From the human T2T-CHM13v2.0 reference genome, Homo sapiens: a stretch of 64,000 nucleotides of DNA. The stretch lies in the NCBI RefSeq assembly GCF_009914755.1, contig NC_060927.1; one strand, 5' to 3'. Below are positions 13,516 through 26,714 of this stretch, one piece after another. The notes beneath the pieces are model-generated. The model did not search any database. It was not told the DNA's origin and was given only the letters and a program-made list of their open reading frames with translations. A program made the position numbers and the translations under genes. Position 1 is the first letter of the stretch. Each line of letters begins with the position of its first letter.

Positions 13516-16074
13516 TAAAGTTTCTGATAAGTTAAGAAACCTTCATGGAATTTGCTATTCGGTCCCCCTTTTTTTCTTCTCTTACTCTGTTTTGCTTGCG
13601 TGACAATTCCCCAGTTATAAAAATGCCAGTTTCCCGCTAGAGTATCTGTCGTCTTGGCAGGCTTTTTATGTCATGCACCAAATTTACTGTTCTGGGACCC
13701 ATTTTGTTATATCTTGTTCAGACCACTCATTTCAGTAGAAAGGGAAATTGTAATATTTGGACACCTGCAGGTTACAGAGGGCTTCCTTCCCTTCTCATCT
13801 TGTTGTAACTTCTTGTCATCTGTGTTTTTTGCCACTGCAACATACGATGCTTCTGAATAACACAGGGCAGGAGAAGGATCAGCCATGGAAAAATGTTATG
13901 CAAGTAGGAAGCGTTGCCAAAGGTAATTTTAAGTTTAAGCAAAAAAGGAAAAAAGTAAAACAAAAAGAAAAAAATAGGCTTACACACAGTGCTATTAAGT
14001 CATTTAATTGTTTTTTTTTTTTTCCATTCTGTGTTTTAAGTATTTTAAAGTCATTAGTGTTCCTAGTTTCTGGTTCTAAAAGCAGACATGAATTTAAAAG
14101 GCAGCATAGTTTTATTACAGGGAAATTATGCCAGATTTCATTTTTTTCTTTGTCTTGCCAGCAGAGTATTTCCTAGCTTCTTATTTAAGCTTCCTAAAGA
14201 TGAAGATTTGAAGTTTGTGTAATTCTCCTTCCCAACTTACCTTACCCATATCCAAGAAGATGTTTTGCAACCTCATAAGAATTATGTAAGGTAATACATG
14301 TTTGAATTGGTAAATTGTGAGGGTCATTAATTTCTGAAAAGGCATAATAATTTCTGTAGATAATTTCGAAGAGAATAACTGTGATCTATGAATAAAAGGC
14401 TCATCTCAGCATGTAAATAGTTTCTGAGCCAGAGTTAGACACAGGGGATTCTAAAGGCAAACTCTGTTGGACTCTGTGGGAGACAGGTTGCAAATGTTGA
14501 GCTTCATTAAGCATGTTATACTTACAGCTCAAGAAATGCAATAATTTGTGTGAGAGATTATTCAGGCCACATGTTACCTCCACAGTCTTATAAAATTCCT
14601 TCTATTTTGCCAAGGAATCTAGATATGACGTTTTTATTTCAACAATATTTTATATAGGTAGATGTAGATAAATCTCTTTACAAATGGAGGAATTACAAAT
14701 GCTAATTTGTTAAATTGAGCTGTAAACATTTTCTTTGCTGCTTAATAGGACAAAATACATAAAGATTAATTAAATGATCAAAAATTTCCAAGCTTCTTTT
14801 TAATCGTGTAAATGGGGTCTATCGCCAAAAGATATCCAGCCCTGGTAAACATGATAGATGATGATGGGGACACATGGTGACTTGGATGGACTCCATTTCT
14901 GGGTTCTGCCTGAGTGTGTTGGCCACAGGCTGTGGTTTACAAAAAATATCCCCTCTGCTAACATGTGAGCCGGGGTGTGGTGGTCAGCAGTTTGCTGTGA
15001 TGTCTTTAGGGTGCCTCCCCAGGGAGAGGATGAGGGGAGTGCTTTGTGGCTGGGGATAGGGTCTCTAGGAAGTGGGTGGCTCAAATGTTATTACTGCCGC
15101 ATGTCTGAGTGTTTCTGTTTGGTGAAATCCAGGGGAGCACCTTGGCTGGGTAGAAGTTCTTAAGCAGGAGTTACAAAGCCTGCCTTCTGGTCCTCACTCT
15201 GCCAGCTAATTTCATGGAAGCACAGATCCACCATACCTGCAAGATGGGGCAGTGTTACTTATTTCTCCCTTTCAGGGTAAGTGTGAGGCGCTCTTTGAAG
15301 TGATGATTGTCAGAGTTCCTTGAAAAACCTAAAGCAATGTGTTAGTTAATATGTCAGTAAATTCATCAGGTACTCTCTGAGCATCTGCCAAAGAAACAGG
15401 CCCTGTCCTGGGCCAGCCTCATGAGCATTAGGCTCACACACGTACATAACTGTGTTTAATCATGTTGTAAGGATGCTTTGAGGTGCTGCTAGAATGCCAC
15501 CTTGCATCTGAAAGGGATTTTTGTCCAGTTTGTTCACCCATATATTTCTAGTGTGTAATAAACTACTATTAGGTAATTTTATAAAAATTTGTTGAATGAA
15601 TGAATGTTTTTCACAAGTATTATAATAAATAATACATGGTCTTGTCAAGGCCAAGGTTATTGGTTTCATGTTCGTCATATTCCATTCCGTAGAGGCAGAC
15701 AGCTGCTCACTGTCCAGCAGGTGCATGGTGAATGGAAGGGGGGTGGTCCTGGGGCAGGGTGGGAGGGGAGTTCACAAGAACCCAGGCAGCAGGGCCAAGG
15801 CTATTGCACTGGCCCTTGGCGCAGCTGCCGTTGCTTGTTCCCACATGGTATGGCTTGGCTCAGCCCCCGACTCTGGAGTCCATTGTCTCGTTATTTAAGC
15901 ATAGGCATGTTTCACAGGAATGACCTCCTCTGTGGCCTTGGGGGCGGCCCCAGCTGTGTAAACACATGTGTATATGTGCATATACTTTATATATATGAAA
16001 CACAGGTGTGCTGTGTGTGTGTCTGTCTAACATGAGGAGTTCAGCTGCAGAGTCAAACAGATCGAGCATTCCAA

Positions 16075-16275
16075 TCCTGGATCAGTCACTGTTGCTGGCT
16101 TTATGCTCTCAGAATGGTTACTGAATCCTTTGAAGCTTGGGGGTTTTCAGCTACAGGGAGGTGATGACAGTACCTAGTTTATAGGGTTATTGTGAGCATT
16201 AAATGGGTTGTGCTCACAAGGGTTCAGAGTGGGTTGGGTGGTAGTATTTGTAAGAGTGTGAGTGTCAGTTGTCAC
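16075..16275 (+). mobile_element. MIR
   Basis: cagtacctagtttatagggttattgtgagcattaaatg core. Confidence 0.6.
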
Positions 16276-16799
16276 TGCTCTCATGTCAATACCACTTATT
16301 GTAGGATTACTATACTGGGCCCTGGGCTAAGAACCTCATGTGCATAATATTAATTTTAATAACACAACTATGAACTGAGTTTTTAAACTCAAAAGGAAAC
16401 GTTACAAGCGGTGACTTGCATGAGGGTTTTTGTTTCCTTGTTTTGGTTGAAAGAGCGTCCTGAGCCCCACCCCTGCTTTGAACACATTCCCCAACTCCAC
16501 CATGCTTCCAGGGTCTGCTCCTTTCTTACCAGTTTAGGTTTTTCCCTGTGTGGCTCTTTGTAAGTCTTTCCCTAATATTGGATAGCCCATTTCTTGAACT
16601 GCAGCTGTAGATCACATGAACATTTTGATTTATGGTGGCACAGGAGGCTATAACAAAGTTACAGACTTTAAATTATGCGATTAGAGTAGAAAGCCATATT
16701 GTAAACTGTGCCCTTATTGTTTGCAAAGTGTCACGCCCATCAATTGCCTTGGAGTTTGATTGATCTCCACTGGGTGCTGGCTGTCTGCAAAATGCTGTA

Positions 16800-17190
16800 C
16801 TGTCATGATTAGTTTAACCCATCTCTACTCCCAAGGAGTTGTCAGTCTACTGCGGAGACACCAGCCAGACAAATAGTTATACGCAATAAGGTGAATGCTC
16901 TGACAGTACCAGAAAGACAAATATGGCGGGCTAAGGAGAGGAAGAGTGGTTGGGTGTGTTCAGGAAGGCCCCTCTGAGAGGGAGGCATTTGAGTAGAGAC
17001 TGGGTGTCCTTTTTTCATTCACTCCACTTTTCTTCTTAGCACTTAATACCATCTGATGCTTTTATGTTCCACTCCCTCCCATCCCCAGAATATCAATTCT
17101 GTGCTAACAGGGGCTTAGTCTGTTAGCATTTACTCTCGTATCACCAGGGCCTGGGTCAGGCTGGCATGATGTGGAATGAATGAATGATAG
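16800..17190. mobile_element. Two opposed L2 fragments
   Basis: caggaaggcccctctgagagggaggcatttgagtagagac (antisense L2), then ttcttagcacttaatacc...gaatgaatgaatga (sense L2 tail). Confidence 0.55.
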
Positions 17191-17804
17191 ACAGATCCAT
17201 TAACTGGGAGCCACAGAACAATCACCCACAGACTGTGGGCTGCATAGAAAGGGTTACCAGTTAGGCAAGGGTGAGCACCACACAGAGGGCACAGAGCACC
17301 AATGAATGCCACAGGGACAATTCATCCGAAGGCATAGAGCCTCCAGGCACCATAAGTGGATGCGTCCGAGCATATATTTTTAAAGGCTGCCCTACCTTTT
17401 TGGCTTCTGTGGCCTTCCACACCATTGGAAACACATCCAATGACATAGCACTGGTGAAGTGGCACAGTGACTCTTTGTGCTTCACTTTCTGAAGGAGTAT
17501 AGGAACATTCATTCTTTGGGACAGAATTCTTGTAGCATTAGGGAAATGAGCAATCTGAACTTCTTGGCATTCTAATCCAAGGAGGAGTTGCTTGCAAGCA
17601 AGAAATCTGAATCCCTTCACAGGTCGAAGAGAAGTTGGGGATCCTTAAGCGTGGAGGGTTTGAAACTATTTGGTCATCATACAGTTTATTTTCAATTGTC
17701 TTGTAGGGCTGCATTAGGAATTGATTTTATCTAGAAGACAGAGGATACTGACTATTGGTCAACAATAACACCAAATAAGTTTTCATGAACATTAAAAAAA
17801 TATA

Positions 17805-18908
17805 TCCTGGAAGACAACCTGGGCATTCATCCTGGACATAGGAACGGGCAAAGATTTCATGACAAAGACAGCAAAAGCAAAAATTGAGAAGTAGGATCTA
17901 ATTAAACTTAAGAATGTCTGCACAGCAAAATAAACTATCAAAAGAGAAAACAGACAACCTGCAGAATAGGAGAAAATATTTACAAGCTTTGCATCTGACA
18001 AAAGTCTAATATCCAGCATCTATAAGGATCTTAAATTTACAATAAAAAAAACTCCATTAAAAAGTGGCGTGAACAGACACTTCTCAAAAGAAGACATACA
18101 TGCAGCCAACAAACATGAAAAATAGCTCAGATCATTAGAGAAATGCAAATCAAAACTACATTGAGATACCATCTTACACCAGTCAGAATAGCTATTATTA
18201 AAAAAGCCAAAAACCAAAAAACAAACAAAACCAAAAAGCAGATGCTGGTGAGGTTTTGGAGAAAAGGAAGCACTTATACACTGTCGATGGGAGTGTAAAT
18301 TAGTTCAACTATTGTGGAAAGCAGTATGGCAATTCCTCAAAGAGCTAAAAACAGAACTGCCATTTGACCCAGCAATCCCATTTACTGAGTATATATCCAG
18401 AGGAATATAAATTATTCTACCATAAAGGCACATGCATGCAAATGTTCATTACAGCACTATTCACAGTAGCAAAGACATGGAATTAACCTACATGCCCATC
18501 AATGATAGATTGGATAAAGAAAATGTGGTGTATATACACCATGGAATACTATGCAGCCATATAAAAGAATGAGATCATGTCCTTTGCAGGAACATGAGTG
18601 GAGCAGGAGGTTATTAGTCTTAGCAAACTAACACAGGAACAGAAAACCAGATACCACATGTTCTTACTTATAAGTGGGAGCTAAATGATGAGAACTTAAT
18701 AACACAAAGAAGGGAACAACAGACACTGGAACCTACTTGAGTGGGGAGGGTGAGAGGAGGAAGAGGAGCAGCAAAGATAACTATTGGGTACTGGGCTTCA
18801 TACCTGGGTGATGAAATAATATGTACAACAAACCCCCAAGACACATGTTTACCTGTGTAACAAACCTTCACATGTACCCCTAAACCTAAAATAAAAGTTA
18901 AAAAAAAT
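17805..18908 (+). mobile_element. 5'-truncated older L1PA (about PA13-16): ORF2 C-terminus plus 3' UTR
   Basis: gacataggaacgggcaaagatttcatgac...ctaattaaacttaag...catgtacccctaaacctaaaataaaagttaaaaaaaa. Confidence 0.92.
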
Positions 18909-18914
18909 TCCCGT

Positions 18915-20362
18915 CTTCCAGATCTTGGTTTCTAATACCATTTCCCTATAAAAGGAACCAAGACTACTTGGAGAAATGGCTGATTCTAGGATGAGGGCAG
19001 GGAATTTATGAGTCTGGGGCATTCATAGTGTCCTAAAGTAAAGATGTGCTCAGCAAACCAAGCAAACACAATGATTAGTGTGTGCTAGAGGGACAGAGGG
19101 GTCAACTGAGAAGGATCCTGTATTAGTCCATTCTCACATTGCTATAAAAAGATACCTGACACTGGATAATTTATAAAGAAAAGAGGTTTTATTGGCTCAC
19201 GGTTCCACAGGCTGTGCAGGAAGCATGAAGCTGCATCTGCTCGGCTTCTGGGGAGGCCTCGGGAAACTTACAATCACAGCAGAAGGCAAAGGGGGAGCCA
19301 GCACTTCACGTGGTGAGAGTAGGAGCAAAAGAGAGAGATGGGGGAGGTGCCACGCACTTTTAAACAACCAGACCTCGTGAGCACTCACTCATTGTCACAA
19401 GAACAGCACCAAGGGGATGGTACTAAACCATTCATGAGAAATCCACCCCCGTGATCCAGTCCCCTCCCCTCAGGCCCTGCCTCCAACACTGGGGGTTATA
19501 ATTTGACATGAGATTTGGTGGGGACACAGCTACAAACCATATCAGCTCCCAGTGGCCAAAGCTGGAACAATTCAAGCAACAAAATAAAGTGGTATTAGAT
19601 TGTAACCCAAATTATAAAATAAATACTCACAATATGTATGAATAGGGGGACAGCAGACAAGGAATTGCAAATAATTTAAGTAGCTGCTCCGGCTTCCGGG
19701 AGGTGTGTAACTCCCACTTCTCAAGTGTTGGCTGTGCATAGTGACTTTCTTTCAAAGAGTACAGCATGGAAAGGAAGGGGGAAAAGAGTGACTTGACAGT
19801 GGAGAAACGTGACAGCCACCACCTCAGCCAGGTGATCAGAGTTAACATTTATAGTGAGAAGTCACATTAATAGCATGTACCCTTGATAAGATGTGATGAG
19901 AGTGACACTTTACCTCTGTGGTCTTCCTCCCCAAAACCTGTAACCTCAGTCTCCTCATGAGAAAACCATCAGACGATTCCCATTTGAGGAATACTCTACA
20001 AAATACCTGACCAGTACTTCTCAACACAGTACTGCTCAAAACAAGCAAGTCTCGTAGAAACTGTCACGGACAACAGGAGGCTAAGCAAACATGACAATTA
20101 AGTGTAATGTGATATCCTAGATGTGATCCTGGAGCAGAAAAATGACATTAGGTAAAAATGAAGGCTATCTGAATAAAGCATGAACTTCAATTAATAGTAA
20201 TGTATTAATATTGATTCATTGGTTGTGACAAATACACCAATAAATGTAAGTGGATAACCACAGAGGAAACTGGGCGTGCGACATATGGAAACTCCCTGTA
20301 TGGCCTTAGCAATTATTCTGTAAATCTAAAACTATTCTGAGATAAAGAAGTTTATTGAAAAA
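18915..20362 (+). mobile_element. L1MC/L1MD-type 3' end, interrupted by MSTA
   Basis: cttggagaaatggctgattctagg...gtggagaaac..gacagccaccacctcagccaggtgatca...ctgtaaatctaaaactattct. Confidence 0.75.
19119..19544 (-). mobile_element. MSTA solo LTR
   Basis: tgtattagtccattctcac...ggggacacag..caaaccatatca; TSD GATCC/GCTCC. Confidence 0.92.
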
Positions 20363-20624
20363 TACATACTGAAGTAAACTCTGGAATTATTGTCACTTTT
20401 GACTGAACAGCAGGATGTCAAGTCAACATGCCAATATGTGTTCTGTGGATGAAGATTGAGGGGTGGGTTAGAAAATCTTAGCTCAACATATAAAAACTCT
20501 GTGCATAGAAGTTGTCAAAGATGTAGAAAATTCTTGCCGGGGTCATCGGGTGACTCTCCAAATAATGCAAAGCTCGTTTGAAATACCATTGTTCCAAGGG
20601 GGCCAAACTAAACAGGCCACATGA

Positions 20625-20875
20625 CATAGTGGTCAAGCCATGCTGCCCTGGGTTCATTCCAGCCCTGCGCCATAACTGCCAAGAGATTCTTGTACAAGTA
20701 GTTTACACTTGTACAAGTGTAAACTGAACTTCAGTTTCCTCATTGATAACATGAATATCGTAGTATATCATGCCATTGGCAGTTTCAAGGTTAAAATGAG
20801 GGTGATAATATCTGTAGCGCACTCAGCACAGTAGTTGGTACTCATTAGCTGTTCCCTAAAGGGCAGCTGTTGTTG
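20625..20875 (+). mobile_element. MIR containing a nested palindrome
   Basis: tcagtttcctcattgataacatg...aaggttaaaatgag...agcgcactcagcacagta MIR motifs. Confidence 0.6.
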
Positions 20876-21682
20876 TTGCCTGAAACTTCTTTTTTTTTTT
20901 TTTTAACATGCAAAACACATTCCATTAAGGGAAGTCTAATGACTCTGCTTAATGGCAGTAGATGATGCCAGTGGCTACCTTGGTTTGATTTCAAGGGTAG
21001 GAGGACATTCTTCCCCTACAAAGTGTCTGTTATTAACACCTCTTCCAGTACCCCCTCGAAGAATTAATTGTGCTAAATAATTTGTGTTAAATATGACCAT
21101 GTCTCTTTCAAGCTGCTCATGTCCCTAGAAGGAATAGGACATCCAGTGTGAAGGGGCTTATAAAGTTTGCCGTGCAGGGGAGCCTTGAAACAGGTAGAGC
21201 AGAGGCTTGGAGAGGGAGAAAGCAGTTCAGAGGAGAGGGTAAAACTTGTTTACTTCCCAGACCCACCTAGATCTACCTAGGGATGGCCCCGTTGCTCTTT
21301 ATCTAAGAAAAATTAGTATTGTGTATTTCCTGCTAAGCTAAGTATCCATGAAGTTTGGATTTATCTGACTTGTACAAATGAAATACAGGTCCAAAGCATT
21401 TTTATAGATTTACACGGTAAAGATTAATCTTCACCCAAGCAACTGGATCCCTGGAGCTTGGCTTTTATGAAGAGGAATGTTAGCTCACCCACCAAGACTT
21501 CATTTAATGTGCTCAAGTTTTTAATTGCCTTTTTTCTGCCTCTCAGGAATTATTACATCAATTTCATTTACCCAGATTGAAAATCCAAGTGCTTCTGTTG
21601 TCAGCATGGGCTGCACCTAAGCATGCTGACTCTGGCTCAGTTTCCCCTTGGCTGCATTTTTCATCTTTTCTCTTTTCTGTTG

Positions 21683-21965
21683 CAGGATTTCTTCAAAGTT
21701 ATGTGAGTTCCACAAGTTCCATGGGTAGAGAAGTTTAGGGGAAAAAATGGTTCCATGGGTGAATAAGTTTAGGAAATGCGAAACCAAGTTAAGCAGGTTT
21801 CTTTACTGCAGGACTTTTCAGAGACTTGGTTGTGCTGACGTGCTTTGAGTCCCTGGGAGTGGTGTGGTGTGGCTCATCTCCCAGTCACATGAAACCTGTC
21901 TTCTTGCAGCAGCCCTTGATGCAGAGGGATTAGTGTTCTGAGGTGCCTACTTGAAAAACACTGCT
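21683..21965. mobile_element. hAT-Charlie MITE (MER112/Charlie4-like)
   Basis: aataagtttaggaaatg..aagttaagcaggtttctttactgcaggacttttcagag; ends cag...aaacactg. Confidence 0.55.
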
Positions 21966-24596
21966 GCATACTTTTTTCCAATTTCTTTGCATTCATCAGA
22001 CTTGCCTTTCTATGTCCCCACATTGTCTGTAGCATAATTTACATGTTATTAAATTTTTTCTCCATATCATTCTTCCTCACTGCCTCAATGTATGTTTGTA
22101 ACTTTTTTAATAGCGTGGCTGAGCCTCTGTGGAACCTTGGGTTTTATTTTAGTCACGTAATCTTTTATGTTGGCATTGAGTTATTAGTGAGTTGTCAATC
22201 ACCTGTGCATATTAAGGAGGCAGAAGCAAATTGTGGCTGAACCCAGAGGTAGAGCAAATCACCTCAGTGATTGTGCAAAAAAACATCCAATTTGGCTCCT
22301 ATAATTGCTTTTTATGGCAGTCCCACTATGTGGGCTTATTTTAATAGAAAAACTTGAGAGATTAATGCACTTGCTAAGGTATTTTCCTTCTGTCATCACA
22401 GAGCTTCTTATGATTGGGGAGAAAGCAGTAAATCTCAAGTTATCTAGTTTTTAGGTTGTCAGTTTTTATACATGACAGTACCTGGCAGAGAAGTGGATAC
22501 AATTAAGAAAATATACCCTGTTTTTCCTGAGAAAAGGAAAAATGACACAAAAGGTCATTTCCAATTTAAGTCTAAATAATGTAAAAAAGAGGCTTTGCAA
22601 GAGCTGCTATGAAGACCCCTAAACAGAAGGCAGTTATCTCTCTAATGCAGTTTAATCTGCCCATGATGGGGCCAACTGAGACATGGTACAGTGATTCACA
22701 TCAACTCTCTTTCCTCCTGTGGGTCAAGGAAATTAATTTGCTCCTGCCTCCAAACTGCTTTTGACCAAAACCATAAACCATAGCACTAATAAACTCGTTT
22801 GAGGTCTTCAGATCATTTTGAATATTTTATTAGCAACATATACACCAACAGATGTGTTTATTGTTGTAAAATGTAACCATACTGTGGAAGCGATGTCCAT
22901 AAATGTATCAGTCATTCTTCCTAATGATTGTCAAAATATTATTATTTCATATGTAAAAATAAGTGGGTGTCTGACCCTGTGGCTAGAATATAGGACAAAA
23001 GGCAGTATTGTACAGTAATTATTGAGTCAACTAAGTCCCAGCTCTGGGGTAGGACTTGGCTTGAAGTATTGCCAAGGCCTTTCAAAGGCTCTTGAAGAAC
23101 AGGAAAAATTAGGCATTGAATTTTTGAGTTGCTTTGCTTTCAACTCTATAAGCAAGAATGCAGTTATTGTACTGGTTAAATGTGGAAATAAATCAGTAAA
23201 TATTCATAAGGTTAACCGCTATCCCAAAGGAAGGGGTGTAGAGCAATGAGCCTAACCTTTTTAGCCTTTAGAGATTTTATAATTCAGATGGAGAGACAAG
23301 ATATAAATTCATGGACAAAGTTTAATGTCAGTTCTAGAATCAAGGAACACTGACGCAGCTCAAGATTTTCAGTAGCTGCATTTGAAAAGCTCTGTTAATA
23401 TCTGTTGTGACCCCTGTTGCCACATGAGGTGTCCAAGCCAAAAGTGTTGGATCAGAAGAAGGGAGATCATTGTGTGCTAAGGGGGTTCAGGAAGAACAAA
23501 TGTAGTTCTACTGGGTGCCATGGTTCAGAATCATCACTTCACTTCCTAAAAAGCAGACAATCTGAGTTTGGCTCAAAAATATTATACTAGCATAGGAGAT
23601 AATAACAGTGTAGTGGGTAAATATCATGGCTTCACACAAGTCAATCTTATGTGGAATTTTGGGCAAGTTATTTTTCTTAGTTTCTAATCCTCTCTTTACT
23701 CATCATTAAAATAGTTATAGTTAAAATATGACTACAATAACTATCAACCTAGTTTCTATGAGAATAAAATCAGATAGTACTTTTAAAATAAAATCACTTT
23801 ACACTAGGCTAGACACTTGGTAAAGTCTTGCTAAGTATCAGCTGCTGTAATAATCACTGCAAACGACACCTGTGGAATCTTATTTCAGGCCAGGAATAAA
23901 GTTTGCATAGGGAACAGAAGAATACAGTTAAATAACTTAATTTCTAATGTGGAATATTATTTTGGCATTTATGACAACAGCGTCTGGGGTGGTCCAAAGT
24001 ATTAAAGGGGCTCTCTACGTAAGAGGGAGTTTGGAATAGTCAACCCATCAAGACAGGAGAAAAGAATTCATTGGTGATGGTCATATTAGGTGTATTTTTG
24101 TTGTTGTTGTTGTTGTTGAAGTGAAAACATCCCAGATAGGAGCCACCAAAGGGGCTGGCAGATCCCATTCGTTGGTTTTTGGAGGTCAAAATCCCAGCAT
24201 TTGGGTTGAAAGATCAGGGATGATAAGCAAGTCTGTTTCCTTCCAACCTTCCCAAGAGAACAGTAATTACTAGATATAATAATGCTTCTCAAAGGCGGTT
24301 ACTGAAAACCCTCTGCTGCTTCAGCATAATCAGAAAGACAGAAGTTGCAGGATGATTTTCTTTGTGAGAGGCACCTACTCGGAATGCTAATTAGGCGAAG
24401 TAAAAGGGATGTGGATCAGCATCCAACAGCGCATGCATTTTCTCCTAGTAAGTGAGGATGAGAGGAAGGAGGAGGAGGAAGAATTTGACTTATCTGTTTT
24501 ATGGTTCATGATGTGATTCCCCAAATTGATTTCAGGCTCTTAATTCTTCTCATCTGCTGGTTTTGTAAGGAGATGTAAAAAACTATCTAAAAATAA

Positions 24597-24921
<325 letters not shown>

Positions 24922-25832
24922 AGAGTCTTTATACTTTTGTCTACTTTTGCTTTCTTTTGGGTGCCCTCAAAATAGAACTTGAATCCAGTGGCAAATTGGC
25001 CCAATAGCCAAGAGCCGGCCCTCTTGGGGTCAGTCTATATCTTTGCTTTTATTTGCTGCCAAACATTCAGTTTCTAAGAGAAATATGAACACTTATCTAG
25101 AAAAATCTCAGTGCTGGCCTGCACAGGGCTGTTGTTTAATGATCATGACTGGGGGCTCCCTGCCTGTTGGGCACTGCTGTAAGCACTTCCTGAGCAGAGC
25201 TGTATATAATCCTTATAGCCTACAGAGCAGTAGGTTCTATTAGTATCACGAGTACCTCTATTATAGAAGAGAAAAGCCAGCACAGTGAGCTAGGTGGAGC
25301 TGGGATTCAAACCCAGGCCATCTGGCTCCAGAGTCCACAGTCTAAGAAAGCCTATTAATCAGCAAAGGGACTGTCTGGTAACTTTGAGATGAAGACACAG
25401 CCTCGGAGCAGAATCGGTGCAAACTGGGTTTTCTGGAGACCAATTTGGGTATGCCCAATTCAAATTGCACGCAAGAGACTTGGCTGGTATATGGCCTGCA
25501 TGCTGGCTCACGTGGCTGTGGTCACATGGATGTGGGAAGTGTAGGGATGGATGCCAGACTGGCAATATCAGGGAAGCTCCTGTGGCATAGGTTGCCAGTG
25601 TAGGATAGGGATTAAGAGCTTGGCCTCTAGGGCCACAGTCAGCAGTCACCCAGCTTCCAGTGCTGAGTGTGTTGGTGGTGGTAACTGGTACATAGTTCCA
25701 ACACAGTTGCTTTTATGTAACCTTGGGTAAGTTACTTGAACTTCCTAAGCCTCAGTTTTTCCATCTAAAATATGATGATGATAAGAATACCTGTGACTTA
25801 GGGCTGCCATGAGGATTCAGTGAGAGTTTGTA

Positions 25833-26714
<882 letters not shown>

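Noticed and set aside
17271-17492. ORF containing NTSNDIALVKW, reminiscent of the trypsin-like protease DIALLKL motif
   Set aside because: No His or Ser catalytic motifs, no convincing splice sites; a short chance resemblance
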